DNA from: a virus
Lineage: Duplodnaviria; Caudoviricetes
IMG/VR virus record: IMGVR_UViG_2894352420_000001
Span: 14,100 to 78,099 of that record
DNA length: 64,000 nucleotides
Reading direction: 5' to 3' (one strand)
In this document: one piece after another, positions 29,654-39,756 of the stretch
Numbering within the stretch: position 1 is the stretch's first letter
Layout: every line of letters starts with the position of its first letter
Program-made: the position numbers and the translations under genes
Notes under the pieces: model-generated
Database searches by the model: none
What the model saw: the letters and a program-made list of their open reading frames with translations, nothing else
What the model was told of the DNA's origin: nothing

Positions 29654-29849
29654 ACTCAATCTCGGAGTGTTCTCCAACAATACCTTCTGGCAGTTCAACT
29701 AATCCTATTTTTTTGCCCTGACTTTCTGCCTCTTCCAGTTTTTTAAAGAATACTTCATCATCAGCCATTACCATACGTGCAGTCCATAGGGTCTGTGCGT
29801 ATTCATTTTTGAGGTCAGTATACTTGTCGAATAATTCTTGTCCAGTCAT
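29646..29849 (-). CDS. Small acidic hypothetical protein, convergent on and overlapping MuF
   Basis: ORF track; 8-nt overlap with the MuF 3' end. Confidence 0.5.
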   Translation of the reverse strand: MTGQELFDKYTDLKNEYAQTLWTARMVMADDEVFFKKLEEAESQGKKIGLVELPEGIVGEHSEIEFI

Positions 29850-29855
29850 TTTAAT

Positions 29856-30341
29856 TTACAAAGATTCGTGATAAGATTTGTCTGTTTGATCCATTCTTTT
29901 TCTGGCTGTTTCAACGGCATCTTCTTCATTTTCGCCAAAAAATGTTCCTTCCGCATATCCGAAACCCTTTTCATTTGGGAAATAAAAGACCGGTTCCTGA
30001 AAATTTATTGCTGTCCTTATTTCATGTACAATTCCTAGTTCATCAATATTCATCCAAAATAAGCCACCTGACTTTAAAGCATCCTTCTCATATTCGTCTA
30101 ATGTGATCTGACTCAATCCTGATTCAGGCAACTTTTTACACATCGCTGTGGCTGATTTGTAGTCAGAAAAATAACCCAAGGTTGCATATTCGTTTTCTTC
30201 ATTTGGTGATGACACCTCGTAAATGAATTGATATCCATTATCAAATTTCGATTTGAATGCAGCCATTGCATTTTCAGGATCAATGCCTTTAAATACTTCC
30301 GAGGAGAAGAATTCTTTTAATTGATTTTCGTTTGGCATCAT
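29856..30341 (-). CDS. Hypothetical protein
   Basis: ORF track; operonic spacing. Confidence 0.55.
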   Translation of the reverse strand: MMPNENQLKEFFSSEVFKGIDPENAMAAFKSKFDNGYQFIYEVSSPNEENEYATLGYFSDYKSATAMCKKLPESGLSQITLDEYEKDALKSGGLFWMNIDELGIVHEIRTAINFQEPVFYFPNEKGFGYAEGTFFGENEEDAVETARKRMDQTDKSYHESL

Positions 30342-30343
30342 AA

Positions 30344-30682
30344 CTAATCATGTTTTAATGGTACCCCAATTAAAATTTCCCTTGAACAATTGCCAGTCAA
30401 ATAGTCGCAAGCTAATACGGCGATAGCCCTTCCCTGGATTGATTTCGCGCTGATCCTTCGATAATCCTTGATGTCATCAACCAATATGTCAACCGCTTCT
30501 TCGTATCCTTCTCGGACAAAAGCGTTTATTGGCAGCATCATATCTGGCGATTCCAGTCTTTCATAAAGTAATGCGATCGTTTCTTCTATTTGCTCTTCCG
30601 TTGGAGGCCCAGCTGGCTGCATGATCAGTGGCTGTATCGGAAACTCCTGTACTATCTCATTGTTAGTCATTTGTATTGTCAA
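30344..30682 (-). CDS. Hypothetical protein
   Basis: ORF track; operonic spacing. Confidence 0.55.
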   Translation of the reverse strand: MTIQMTNNEIVQEFPIQPLIMQPAGPPTEEQIEETIALLYERLESPDMMLPINAFVREGYEEAVDILVDDIKDYRRISAKSIQGRAIAVLACDYLTGNCSREILIGVPLKHD

Positions 30683-30753
30683 AATTTGAAGTGTAAATAT
30701 ACAAAATTGGGAAATGCATAATAAACTACCGCCAGATCAGAGGACAATTCTTT

Positions 30754-31179
30754 TTATGGAGATATCGTTACGGTTTTAGAATAATCTTTGGCAGATAAGT
30801 CATATTTCCGTTCTAAATTTTTAGCATAATTATCGTACTGTTGATAGGTTTTAAATTTACCCGTAAAATCTCTGGCCTCTTTTAAAGTTTTGGATAGAAA
30901 AGGATTTAAAACAGGTCTATCCCCCAATACAAAATATTCCACAGCTTCGTCATAAGTATAAAACCCATCTTTGGAAACCAGTACTACTAAATATCCTTCT
31001 GAGCCTCCATGTGGCAATATTTTAAACTGAAATTTTTCTTGCGGACCATGTAAAATACCTGCTTCTAAAAGATGCTTCTTTGTCCAGTTAAAACGAACCA
31101 CTCCATACCAAACATCTAATCCATCTACAATAAGAAAAGATGTAAAAAAGATAATTAAAATAAAAGCTAAAATTTTCAT
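30754..31179 (-). CDS. Hypothetical membrane-anchored protein
   Basis: N-terminal hydrophobic helix; ATGA overlap with the methylase. Confidence 0.5.
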   Translation of the reverse strand: MKILAFILIIFFTSFLIVDGLDVWYGVVRFNWTKKHLLEAGILHGPQEKFQFKILPHGGSEGYLVVLVSKDGFYTYDEAVEYFVLGDRPVLNPFLSKTLKEARDFTGKFKTYQQYDNYAKNLERKYDLSAKDYSKTVTISP

Positions 31180-32699
31180 GTTGATTGTTTTTTAGATTGT
31201 TTTTTCCAAGTTGATTCCGGTAATGGATTCCCTTTCGCTTTTCCATACGCCTGATTTAAACGTGCCCAGTCGTTTTCATCCCTGAATTCGAAGTGTCCCG
31301 TCCCTTTTTTAAAGACTTTAAACCTAAAAAAGCCCCATTCGTACCAGGTGTTTGGTTGAAACCTATTTTCATGCTTGATTATAAATGTGCCCAGAAAGTT
31401 TACTTTTGGCGTTCCATCTGGATTTAGATGCTTATAGGTTTTGATAAGATCACCCGCTTCGTCTCTTTCGCAAGGGGCATATTTAATTTGCTCTACCTTA
31501 TCAAAGTCCTTGCCCGTAAGAAAGCAAAGTGCTTTGGTTAAATCCATGATATAACCAAAATTAGATTGATAGTCCTTTATTTGGAGTCCCTCGCGGTCGT
31601 ATCCCATTTCCGCAATCCATCCAGTAATAAATTTACGATTTAACATGTGGCCTGAATTTGTTTTCCAGCCTTCTACCTTAAAACGGTTCTCATGCGTATG
31701 CATCGTAAACCTATCAACTGCTTCAATGATTGCTTTCTGCATATTATTATCAGAAGTTCCGACAATAATTTCCACCATTCTAAATATGTTCTTCATGGTG
31801 AAAGGATAATTAAAGCGACTTTCTACAAACTTGTTAACATCAGCCAATACTCCCTTGGTCATGTATTTTTCAAGGTTGAATTTCTTAAAAACATTTTTCC
31901 AGCATTGTTTTTGGAGCTGTCTGGCAAAAGTGTTTTTATCTCTAATCTCGCCGTCCCGAACGTCGTCATTGCCAGACATTTTAAAATTAAAACCGCCATA
32001 TTGACCAAAATCCATTTGTTTGCAAATTTGATTCAACTCTGCACCTATGTCAGAGAACTTATCAAAGCACCTTAATGCACCCGAGTAATTATTTACAAGT
32101 GCCTGTATCTCGTTATATTTAATCAATCCATCGGACTGATTAAGCTCTGGCATATCGAAATAAAAACCATCAAAATCAGGATTTGTCGCGGTCATTGGTT
32201 TGAATAGGTGAATGATTGCAACTTCTACATCCGTTGTTTTTTCAGCCTCTGTATACATCGAACCTTTGTTCTCGGCAGATCCATAATTTTTAATCAACAT
32301 CGAAAGCTCGGATCGATAAGTTGAGTACGGGTTGTGGATTGTTTTATAGTTACACTGAGCAATAATTTCACAGCCTTCCGGTGCGATTTTCCATGCATGT
32401 AAAATATGTTTATCTGCGTTCGAAAACGGCGGGTTCATTAAGATCATTTGAACATGGCTAATTTGTTCATTAGATGTTTGAAACCAATCTGAGCCTATAA
32501 CACTGTGCTTTACACCTGCCAATGTTCTAAGCTGTGGATGTTTTTCTATTGCCAGTGTGTTAGATGCTCCGGCATCGGCGGCATAGTTAAGTAAGTCTCC
32601 TTTACCTGCCGAAGGATCGAGAACTACTTTGCCGTAGCAGTCGGCATTCATCGCTTCCCATGCTGCTTTATTCGTGGGGTAGAATTCAGAATCGAACAT
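31176..32699 (-). CDS. Amino-DNA methyltransferase with DUF4942-like C-terminus (start MFDSEFYPT)
   Basis: FYPT, VLDPSAGKG (motif I), MNPPF (motif IV). Confidence 0.75.
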   Translation of the reverse strand: MFDSEFYPTNKAAWEAMNADCYGKVVLDPSAGKGDLLNYAADAGASNTLAIEKHPQLRTLAGVKHSVIGSDWFQTSNEQISHVQMILMNPPFSNADKHILHAWKIAPEGCEIIAQCNYKTIHNPYSTYRSELSMLIKNYGSAENKGSMYTEAEKTTDVEVAIIHLFKPMTATNPDFDGFYFDMPELNQSDGLIKYNEIQALVNNYSGALRCFDKFSDIGAELNQICKQMDFGQYGGFNFKMSGNDDVRDGEIRDKNTFARQLQKQCWKNVFKKFNLEKYMTKGVLADVNKFVESRFNYPFTMKNIFRMVEIIVGTSDNNMQKAIIEAVDRFTMHTHENRFKVEGWKTNSGHMLNRKFITGWIAEMGYDREGLQIKDYQSNFGYIMDLTKALCFLTGKDFDKVEQIKYAPCERDEAGDLIKTYKHLNPDGTPKVNFLGTFIIKHENRFQPNTWYEWGFFRFKVFKKGTGHFEFRDENDWARLNQAYGKAKGNPLPESTWKKQSKKQST

Positions 32700-32826
32700 G
32701 ACATTAAAAATCAAAAAGCCCGAAAAGAAAAGAGTCTGGCCACTCAAATCGATTCAGGCTTTAATGAATATAGTTTAAAACATTTCAAACAGCAGCTGGC
32801 CAGAGCGGACATTTGAAATGTGCCAA

Positions 32827-32865
32827 CAAATGTAAGAATTTATTATATACTTATATTATAAGTAT
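32827..32865 (-). promoter_or_regulatory. -7 element TACATTTG (32827-32834) plus palindrome ATACTTA-N5-TAAGTAT (32847-32865)
   Basis: Consensus match; same layout as 46546-46586. Confidence 0.6.
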
Positions 32866-32915
32866 ATAATAATAAGCAATAAATATGGAAATATTATTTT
32901 TAAACTAACCGAATT

Positions 32916-32945
32916 GGATTTCTTCCATATAATTGGAAATAATCC
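32916..32945. promoter_or_regulatory. Two tandem GGA-N5-TCC boxes (Bacteroidota SOS-box-like) upstream of umuD
   Basis: GGATTTCTTCC at 32916-32926 and GGAAATAATCC at 32935-32945. Confidence 0.6.
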
Positions 32946-32983
32946 ATTTTTTCATTGACAATATGGCTTTCTTTGATTGATCT

Positions 32984-33445
32984 TTGCTAAAAACTTCATC
33001 AACTATGGAAATCCCGGAGCTGTCAGAAAAACTTGAATTATTCCCTTTTACAAGTGATCACGCTATAATTCTTCCCGTTGTGGCTGGTATTAGCGCGGGA
33101 TTTCCCTCTCCGGCCGCCGACTTCATTGACGTGGCCATTGATCTAAGTAAAGAAATAGTGAAAAATCCTTCATCCACATTTCTGGGGCGCGTTAAAGGCG
33201 ACTCCATGCAAGATATCGGAATAGATGACGGCGATATTATTGTGGTGGACAAAAGCCTGCCCTATAAGGACAATTGCATTGCGGTATGTTTCATCGATCA
33301 GGAATTTACAGTCAAGCGCATACTTATCGATAAAGATATTTGCTGGCTTATTGCAGAAAATGGCAAATACCCGCCCATCCAGGTTACTTCTGAAAGCGAA
33401 TTTATCATTTGGGGCGTAGTTACCAGCGTAATTAAATTCTTCTGA
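32984..33445 (+). CDS. umuD: UmuD-like S24 autopeptidase
   Basis: SAGFPSPA cleavage region, GDSM (Ser), FTVKR (Lys). Confidence 0.88.
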   Translation: MLKTSSTMEIPELSEKLELFPFTSDHAIILPVVAGISAGFPSPAADFIDVAIDLSKEIVKNPSSTFLGRVKGDSMQDIGIDDGDIIVVDKSLPYKDNCIAVCFIDQEFTVKRILIDKDICWLIAENGKYPPIQVTSESEFIIWGVVTSVIKFF

Positions 33446-33446
33446 T

Positions 33447-34709
33447 ATGTTCGCACTGGTTGATTGCAATAATTTCTATGCTTCATGCGAACGTGTGTTC
33501 CGTCCGGAACTCAACGGCGTTCCGATCGTGGTTCTATCAAATAACGACGGTTGTGTTATAGCCAGGTCCAATGAAGCAAAAACACTTGGAATAAAGATGG
33601 GAGCTCCAGCCTTCGAGTACGAAAAGGATTTTGAGAAAAATGGCGTAAAGGTTTTTTCAAGTAACTACGCACTTTACGGAGATATGAGTAGCCGGGTAAT
33701 GAACATCCTTTCTACATTCTCTCCGGAGGTTGAAGTTTACAGTATCGATGAAGCCTTTATTCAATTTGATGGATTTGAACTCTTTGATCTTCAAAAAATC
33801 GGCGAAGAAATGCGCAGCGTGGTAACAAAATCAACAGGTATTCCAATATCTGTCGGAATTGCCCCCACAAAAGCGTTAGCGAAGGTCGCCAATAAGATTG
33901 CAAAGAAATTTCAACATACCACGGCCGGGGTTTATGTAATAAAAAGCGAAACCCAAATTCAAAGGGCAATCCAATGGACAAAAGTTGAAGATGTCTGGGG
34001 AATCGGTCGGCAACATGCAAAGAGACTGAATGCACTAGGCGTTTTTACAGCACTTGATTTCACCCGTATGAATCAGGGATGGGTGCAAAATAATATGTCA
34101 ATCGTTGGGCTCAGGCTTCAACATGAACTGGCCGGTAGGCGCCGCCTTGAACTTGAAGAAGAAAAGAAAAAACAGAACATAGCGACAACCCGAAGCTTTG
34201 ACCAGAATTATACTGAATTCTCTGACATCCACGAGCGTGTTGTAACTTTTGCAACTATATGTGCTCAGAAACTCCGCAAGCAGGACTCTTGCTGTAATGC
34301 ATTGATGATTTTCGTTCATACCAATGCATTCAGGCCCGATCAGCCACAGTATGCGAGAAATGTGGTCCTTCAACTACCCTATCCTACCAATTCGAGTATT
34401 GAATTAGCGAGGTTCGCGGCTGATGGTTTGAAAAAAATTTTTAAATTGGGCTTCGCTTATAAAAAAGCTGGCGTAATCGCGTTGGAAATTACACCGGCAA
34501 ACTATGGACAACGGAGCATATTTGAGAATTCTGATCCCAGACATGGCCCGCTTTTTGCTGTTGTCGATAAGTTAAATAAGTCACTGGGAAATCAGAAAAT
34601 AAAACTTGCGGCTCAGGATCTTGGACGTACATGGAAGATGAAACAGGAGAGACTATCACCACGCTATACAACTAAACTGGATGAAATTATAATTATACAC
34701 GCAAAATAG
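33447..34709 (+). CDS. umuC: Y-family DNA polymerase V subunit
   Basis: [23 protein letters not shown]-terminal [14 protein letters not shown]. Confidence 0.92.
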   Translation: MFALVDCNNFYASCERVFRPELNGVPIVVLSNNDGCVIARSNEAKTLGIKMGAPAFEYEKDFEKNGVKVFSSNYALYGDMSSRVMNILSTFSPEVEVYSIDEAFIQFDGFELFDLQKIGEEMRSVVTKSTGIPISVGIAPTKALAKVANKIAKKFQHTTAGVYVIKSETQIQRAIQWTKVEDVWGIGRQHAKRLNALGVFTALDFTRMNQGWVQNNMSIVGLRLQHELAGRRRLELEEEKKKQNIATTRSFDQNYTEFSDIHERVVTFATICAQKLRKQDSCCNALMIFVHTNAFRPDQPQYARNVVLQLPYPTNSSIELARFAADGLKKIFKLGFAYKKAGVIALEITPANYGQRSIFENSDPRHGPLFAVVDKLNKSLGNQKIKLAAQDLGRTWKMKQERLSPRYTTKLDEIIIIHAK

Positions 34710-34710
34710 T

Positions 34711-35391
34711 ATGTGTTATCATACCAAACTTACAGCAGACGCGATGTCAGTCGCAAAGGCTCTGAAAGCAGAGTTCTTGGAGAAAGATATTTATACGCCA
34801 TCCGTCGAAATAAATGGATTTCAATCTCCCGAATATCCTATTGTACGGTGGGATGAGCGGCCGATCATTCAGTTTTATGAATGGGGCCTGATCGCTGATT
34901 GGTTAACTTTTAAAGGGTTTGCAAAGAACAGCCCGGAAGTAAAGAAAGCTAGAAACCAATGTCTGAACGCGCGCCTTGAAGAATTGCCTGAAAAATCTTC
35001 CTTTAAGAATAAGATTTCCAACCGTTGCATTATACCAATGGATGGAATGTATGAATGGCAGTGGGAAATGCCTGGAAATCCAAAATCAAAGAAAACCAAA
35101 TATATGGTAACCAAGCCTGACAATGGTATCTTCTGTTGTGCAGGGCTTTTTAATGAATGGAAGGATCCTAAAACAGGCGCAACGACTTACTGCTACACAA
35201 TCTGCACAACTGAGGGCAATGAGCTAATGAAGAAAATTAAAAATGAGGGAGAACGGATGTTGGTCGTTCTTAATCCGGATGAGCACGAGCACTGGCTTAA
35301 CCCACAAATACCGGAAATGGCATTTTTTGACCGGTCGTATATTGAACTAAAAGCCGTGTTGGCTGTACCAAAACAAATATCTCTATTTTAG
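34711..35391 (+). CDS. SRAP/YedK (HMCES-like) abasic-site protein
   Basis: N-terminal MC, NAR, YEW, AGLF…W; C-terminal QISLF. Confidence 0.88.
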   Translation: MCYHTKLTADAMSVAKALKAEFLEKDIYTPSVEINGFQSPEYPIVRWDERPIIQFYEWGLIADWLTFKGFAKNSPEVKKARNQCLNARLEELPEKSSFKNKISNRCIIPMDGMYEWQWEMPGNPKSKKTKYMVTKPDNGIFCCAGLFNEWKDPKTGATTYCYTICTTEGNELMKKIKNEGERMLVVLNPDEHEHWLNPQIPEMAFFDRSYIELKAVLAVPKQISLF

Positions 35392-35419
35392 CTTATCTAT
35401 TATATTATAATTTCTAATA

Positions 35420-35854
35420 ATGCATGGATTCATTAACCTTGACTCGGATACACTAATTCAATGCCTTGGGCGTGAAATCGAATACTATGAACTCTGGGAT
35501 CCTGAACTGGGGGATTTTAAATGCGGCAGAAGCTTTATCCACGGCACCTATTTAGATGATAATGGATCCATTAAAATATATGCTGATTTAATATGGGGAG
35601 ATAGCCTAGACCAAATCAAAGAAGGTGATGGCGGATTTTGTTTTGCCAATGGATCATACATTTACCTTGCTCCGGCGCCATTTCAAATTTTCAGAATAAC
35701 ATGGCTAAATAATTCGGGTGTTCAAGAAAAGAAAATAATACCAGCTGAAACATACATGGATGTTGAGCTAACTGCAAGATTGTTTACAACTGAACCATAT
35801 CAAACTGTACGAATAAATTTAGACGGAACTGTTTACAATCCTATTTTACAATAA
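35420..35854 (+). CDS. Hypothetical protein
   Basis: ORF track; coupled to the Fpg-like gene. Confidence 0.5.
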   Translation: MHGFINLDSDTLIQCLGREIEYYELWDPELGDFKCGRSFIHGTYLDDNGSIKIYADLIWGDSLDQIKEGDGGFCFANGSYIYLAPAPFQIFRITWLNNSGVQEKKIIPAETYMDVELTARLFTTEPYQTVRINLDGTVYNPILQ

Positions 35855-36636
35855 TGCCAGAGATACCAGAACTGAATGTAATTGCTAAAACCCTTCAGGA
35901 ATATTTTAAGGGAGAAAAAATCAATAAAATCGAATTTCCATGGACTAAAAAGCTCAATGTCCCGGAAGATGAATTTCGCGAAGCCGTAAAAGGCGCAGTC
36001 CTCAAAAAGGTTGACAGAGATGGGAAAGAAATTCAATTTCATCTTGACAACGGGAATGTGATTGGAATCCATTTGATGCTAACGGGCAAAATGTATTTGC
36101 TACCAACGGATGAAAAAATAAGCAATCCTATTTTTAACATTATGTTTAGCAATGGTGGTGGAATATGTGTTACTGATAACATGGGGCAGGCCAGGTCAAT
36201 TTTGAATCCAGAATCAACAGGAATCCCCGACGTGTTGTCGAATCATTTTACTTTGTCTTATCTAGCATCCCTCTTATCAAATTCTAATTCAAAAATTAAA
36301 CAAATTTTAACCGACCAGAATAAGATTAAAGGCTTAGGAAATGCATATGTTGATGAAATCTTGTGGAATGTAAAGATTTCACCGTTTTCAATCAGTAAAA
36401 GAGTTCCAGATGATAAAGTTAAGGAGTTGTTTGACGCAATTCCAGAAATTACAAATGCCGCTTCACAAGCGATAGAACAGAGACAGGATCCGGAAGATAT
36501 ATTTGCGATGAAAAATAAAGAACACCGCTTTGTACACAATTCGAAGCTCACCCATACAATGGATGGAGAAGAAATAATTATCGGTAAAATCGGACAGTCT
36601 AAAACTTATTATACCGAAAGTCAAATTCAATATTAA
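35854..36636 (+). CDS. Fpg/Nei-family DNA glycosylase/AP lyase lacking the Zn finger
   Basis: MPEIPE N-terminus, HLMLTG, H2TH KGLGNAYVDEILW; no CxxC at the C-terminus. Confidence 0.82.
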   Translation: MPEIPELNVIAKTLQEYFKGEKINKIEFPWTKKLNVPEDEFREAVKGAVLKKVDRDGKEIQFHLDNGNVIGIHLMLTGKMYLLPTDEKISNPIFNIMFSNGGGICVTDNMGQARSILNPESTGIPDVLSNHFTLSYLASLLSNSNSKIKQILTDQNKIKGLGNAYVDEILWNVKISPFSISKRVPDDKVKELFDAIPEITNAASQAIEQRQDPEDIFAMKNKEHRFVHNSKLTHTMDGEEIIIGKIGQSKTYYTESQIQY

Positions 36637-36651
36637 AACGAATACAAAATT

Positions 36652-37179
36652 ATGCATGAAAATATTTACGCCTTACCTACCCCATCCGAAATGGATCCGG
36701 AAGCCGATATACATTTTGTGGCCGGCAAAAATGATATGCCGACGGAAATCGAATCATTAAATGCATTTTCCGAAACAATTCGTGAATATATTGGCCATCC
36801 ACATTTTTTTGATTTCTTCTCCGGAGAAAAACCTATTGATGACATTTTCTGGTATTTAATATTCAATTACCAGAAAGTAGTGCAGTATTATCTTCATGCC
36901 CAGATTACGCAGAATGAAGATTCACGATTCATAATCACGCATTTTGACTACTTCTACGGACATTTTGCGAAAACCGTTAAATATGAAGGTTCGAAAAAAT
37001 TCGAAAAAACAATTGATTTAATAACTGCTGTCTTCAATTATTTCGACAAAAATGAGCCAATCGAGATTCTTGATTCATTTGAAAGTCAGGACAAAATGGT
37101 GGAATATTACCTGGCCTTGAAAAACCTTTATTATGGCGACCCTACATTATATCTTGAAGTTGTAGGTAAATATTTATGA
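36652..37179 (+). CDS. Hypothetical protein
   Basis: ORF track. Confidence 0.5.
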   Translation: MHENIYALPTPSEMDPEADIHFVAGKNDMPTEIESLNAFSETIREYIGHPHFFDFFSGEKPIDDIFWYLIFNYQKVVQYYLHAQITQNEDSRFIITHFDYFYGHFAKTVKYEGSKKFEKTIDLITAVFNYFDKNEPIEILDSFESQDKMVEYYLALKNLYYGDPTLYLEVVGKYL

Positions 37180-37248
37180 GAAATAATAGGAAATAACTGT
37201 TTTAGTTGGAAATCTTCGGAAGAATGATAAAACCGGTTTAGCGTTTTG

Positions 37249-37473
37249 CTATTCCGGTTTTTTTGTTAATACATAATAGGCGGTAGTATTATTTTTCAAG
37301 TGAAGATAAATTATGCCTTCACTAACAAGTTCGCAAAGCATTGTTTTGTCTTTTTCATACGCCCCGTTTTTCTTCCGATACTCGTAGCTAAGAGTAATGT
37401 GCTTCAAAAAAATGGCTTTTAACTTATCTTTTTCGCTCATGTATTTTTCGGTTTTTGTTCTTTCAGAAACCAT
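37249..37473 (-). CDS. Hypothetical protein
   Basis: ORF track; coupled to the HNH gene. Confidence 0.4.
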   Translation of the reverse strand: MVSERTKTEKYMSEKDKLKAIFLKHITLSYEYRKKNGAYEKDKTMLCELVSEGIIYLHLKNNTTAYYVLTKKPE

Positions 37474-37928
37474 TAAATTCTGTCTTCTTCGTAAAGCTCA
37501 AAATAGAACTTCACTTCTTCATTTGTTTCGGATACCAGTCCATACCGCTTCGCAATCTTGTACTGAGTGTTGATTTCATTTAGATGCTTCATAAATCCAG
37601 CAATGAGTTTCCTAAATTCTTCAAGTGACATTGAATGCTTATTAATATTACAGGAAGCACAAGATGGATTTTGATTCTCAATTCTAAAAGCTTCCGGATT
37701 TTCAAATCCATCATTTACCCATCTTGAAGTTACAAATGCTGTGGAAGTATCATTTTCTGTCGTTGGATTCCCATTTGTCCAATGGGCTGGAATCATCTTT
37801 TGCTTTCTACGGCACGGTTCTATTTCATCAATGTGAAATTTTCCGTTCAAATCGCATCCACAATAGGCGCATTTTCCGTCAAACTTATCGTAAATCAGTT
37901 GGCGTTTTTCTCTCTTGGTCATACTCAC
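37473..37928 (-). CDS. HNH endonuclease
   Basis: CAYCG…HIDEIEP…NPSCASCNINKH. Confidence 0.8.
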   Translation of the reverse strand: MSMTKREKRQLIYDKFDGKCAYCGCDLNGKFHIDEIEPCRRKQKMIPAHWTNGNPTTENDTSTAFVTSRWVNDGFENPEAFRIENQNPSCASCNINKHSMSLEEFRKLIAGFMKHLNEINTQYKIAKRYGLVSETNEEVKFYFELYEEDRI

Positions 37929-37944
37929 TATTACTTGATATGGG

Positions 37945-38205
37945 TCATATAAACGAGGTATAAAATTTTTCTCTTGCCAATTCGATTAACTTCTTATGCG
38001 GTATCCAGCTCTGAGCAATTAGAGCTTCCAATCCCATTTCGTTAGTAGTAACATCGTATAAATAGCCAGCTTCATCACCACCATTGTCACACCATACGGT
38101 CAATTTTACATTGTCCGGCATAGGTTTAATTTCGTGACCATCTTTGTGTATATCGGTAAAATAATCTTTAAATAGCCAGATTTGTTCAGGCGTTAATTCT
38201 TTCAT
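37945..38205 (-). CDS. Hypothetical protein
   Basis: ORF track. Confidence 0.5.
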   Translation of the reverse strand: MKELTPEQIWLFKDYFTDIHKDGHEIKPMPDNVKLTVWCDNGGDEAGYLYDVTTNEMGLEALIAQSWIPHKKLIELAREKFYTSFI

Positions 38206-38227
38206 TCTTTCAATTTGGTTAGCCTGT

Positions 38228-38638
38228 CTATTTCTGCTGTGATGTTATCAAATCAGGATTTTCGTGAATGTTTCCTATAATTCTCAGTGTCGTCGAAGCA
38301 TACGACGGATCTATTGTCTCATACTCCATATCCTTTAAAATGGGATAATTTGATTTCATTCCCCAGTTTCCGTAATCTGAAAAAACGATTTCAAAACGAT
38401 CCTCCATAACATATTCTTGAACAATGTCGCCTTCGTAGATCGCAATGGTTTTAATGTCTTCCATTCCTATGAATTGACCAACCGTTTCGGGTATTACATC
38501 CGATTCCAAACCGGTTTCGGGATTGTGGATTCTGAATTCATTTCCACATCCAGCGAATCGTTTTGAGTGGATGAAATTTCCGTAAACCCATTCTCCATTA
38601 TGAACAGACTTTGCTCTGAATATTATTTCTCTTTTCAT
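38228..38638 (-). CDS. YopX-family protein
   Basis: MKREIIFRAK…TVGQFIG…IYEGDIV…IIGNIHENPDL. Confidence 0.9.
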   Translation of the reverse strand: MKREIIFRAKSVHNGEWVYGNFIHSKRFAGCGNEFRIHNPETGLESDVIPETVGQFIGMEDIKTIAIYEGDIVQEYVMEDRFEIVFSDYGNWGMKSNYPILKDMEYETIDPSYASTTLRIIGNIHENPDLITSQQK

Positions 38639-38916
38639 CTTTCAGAATCATCAAAGTGAAAAAAGACACTACCAGCCTCAAAAACAACCCGGGCATCTTG
38701 GCCTTGATATTCAAGATATTCTTGAAACTCTTCTTCGCTTATTGAGCTTTCAGAAAAAGCCCCGTATTCACTGTACCAGTGGTCTTCATCAAATGGGCTA
38801 ATAGTGATTGGTCCGCCAGGAAAGCCCATGTCCTGATCACCCATGATAACAGCATCTTGCTCTAACTGTTCGTCAGTGAGCGTCTCTAAAAATTCTTTTA
38901 TGTCTTTTAGTTTCAT
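38635..38916 (-). CDS. Hypothetical protein
   Basis: ORF track; ATGA coupling. Confidence 0.55.
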   Translation of the reverse strand: MKLKDIKEFLETLTDEQLEQDAVIMGDQDMGFPGGPITISPFDEDHWYSEYGAFSESSISEEEFQEYLEYQGQDARVVFEAGSVFFHFDDSER

Positions 38917-39134
38917 TCGTCAATAAAGTTTGATTGTTCCTCTGTGGTAAAATATTCCATGAAGTCAGATTCTTCACGCGTAACGATAATCTGAACTTGA
39001 AGCTGTCCATTATCTGTAAAAATATCGAGTGCTGCCTTTTTCATGGAATCAACAGGCAAGCTCTCTTTCATTTCGGAGATCAGGTCGATCGCTGCGGCCT
39101 CTAATAGCAATTTTTGATTGTCTTTCAGTTTCAT
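38913..39134 (-). CDS. Hypothetical protein
   Basis: ORF track; ATGA coupling. Confidence 0.5.
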   Translation of the reverse strand: MKLKDNQKLLLEAAAIDLISEMKESLPVDSMKKAALDIFTDNGQLQVQIIVTREESDFMEYFTTEEQSNFIDE

Positions 39135-39187
39135 ATTTCTCTTAGTTTAGTTTTACCCCTCAAATCAAGAATAAGAGGGGTGTTATT

Positions 39188-39589
39188 TTAGATCTTTAAG
39201 GTTTGCAGGTAAATCATATTTTCCACCCAACAAAATACCGTAAGCAGCAAGCTCATTTGCCGGAGGCTATCAACATTGTGAGGAGTTAAAAGCATCTCGT
39301 CGTCGTCACACATGAAATCAGATTTATCCAAGCCACAGGCATTGCCTGGAACTGTAATATGTTCAGGACCAAACTCACCCCATCTAACAGAAATCCTTTC
39401 GTATTCGGTATTTGTATAACCATGGTACTGAAACCAATACGGAGACATGTTTTTGATACCGATATCAATTTTTTCTTGTGTCAAATCGGTTTTTGCAACT
39501 TTCTCTTTAAATTCCTTAAATAGTTTTATTGAAAATCCGCATCCGCCCATTTTATTAATGTCGGGATGCCATGCTTCTATTCTATACAT
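39188..39589 (-). CDS. Hypothetical protein
   Basis: ORF track. Confidence 0.55.
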   Translation of the reverse strand: MYRIEAWHPDINKMGGCGFSIKLFKEFKEKVAKTDLTQEKIDIGIKNMSPYWFQYHGYTNTEYERISVRWGEFGPEHITVPGNACGLDKSDFMCDDDEMLLTPHNVDSLRQMSLLLTVFCWVENMIYLQTLKI

Positions 39590-39603
39590 AAAGTGCTAAT
39601 CTG

Positions 39604-39756
39604 TTAAAGTTTTTGATTTGAAAATCTCTTCGCTGCTTCCTCGCAAAACTCCCGGATACTTCGTTCCGATCGTTTATTGCTTTCGAAATAATACTTCCAG
39701 GAATCGCAGGAATTTTCTTTTGCGAGTTCGTTTAAAATATCGAGGAATGATTTCAT
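39604..39756 (-). CDS. Small hypothetical protein (50 aa, MKSFLDILNELAK…)
   Basis: Read manually; ATGA overlap with the upstream gene. Confidence 0.45.
   Translation of the reverse strand: MKSFLDILNELAKENSCDSWKYYFESNKRSERSIREFCEEAAKRFSNQKL

Noticed and set aside
9540-29700. Site-specific invertible segment
   Set aside because: No boundary inverted repeats or invertase found, and the right boundary is a gene overlap
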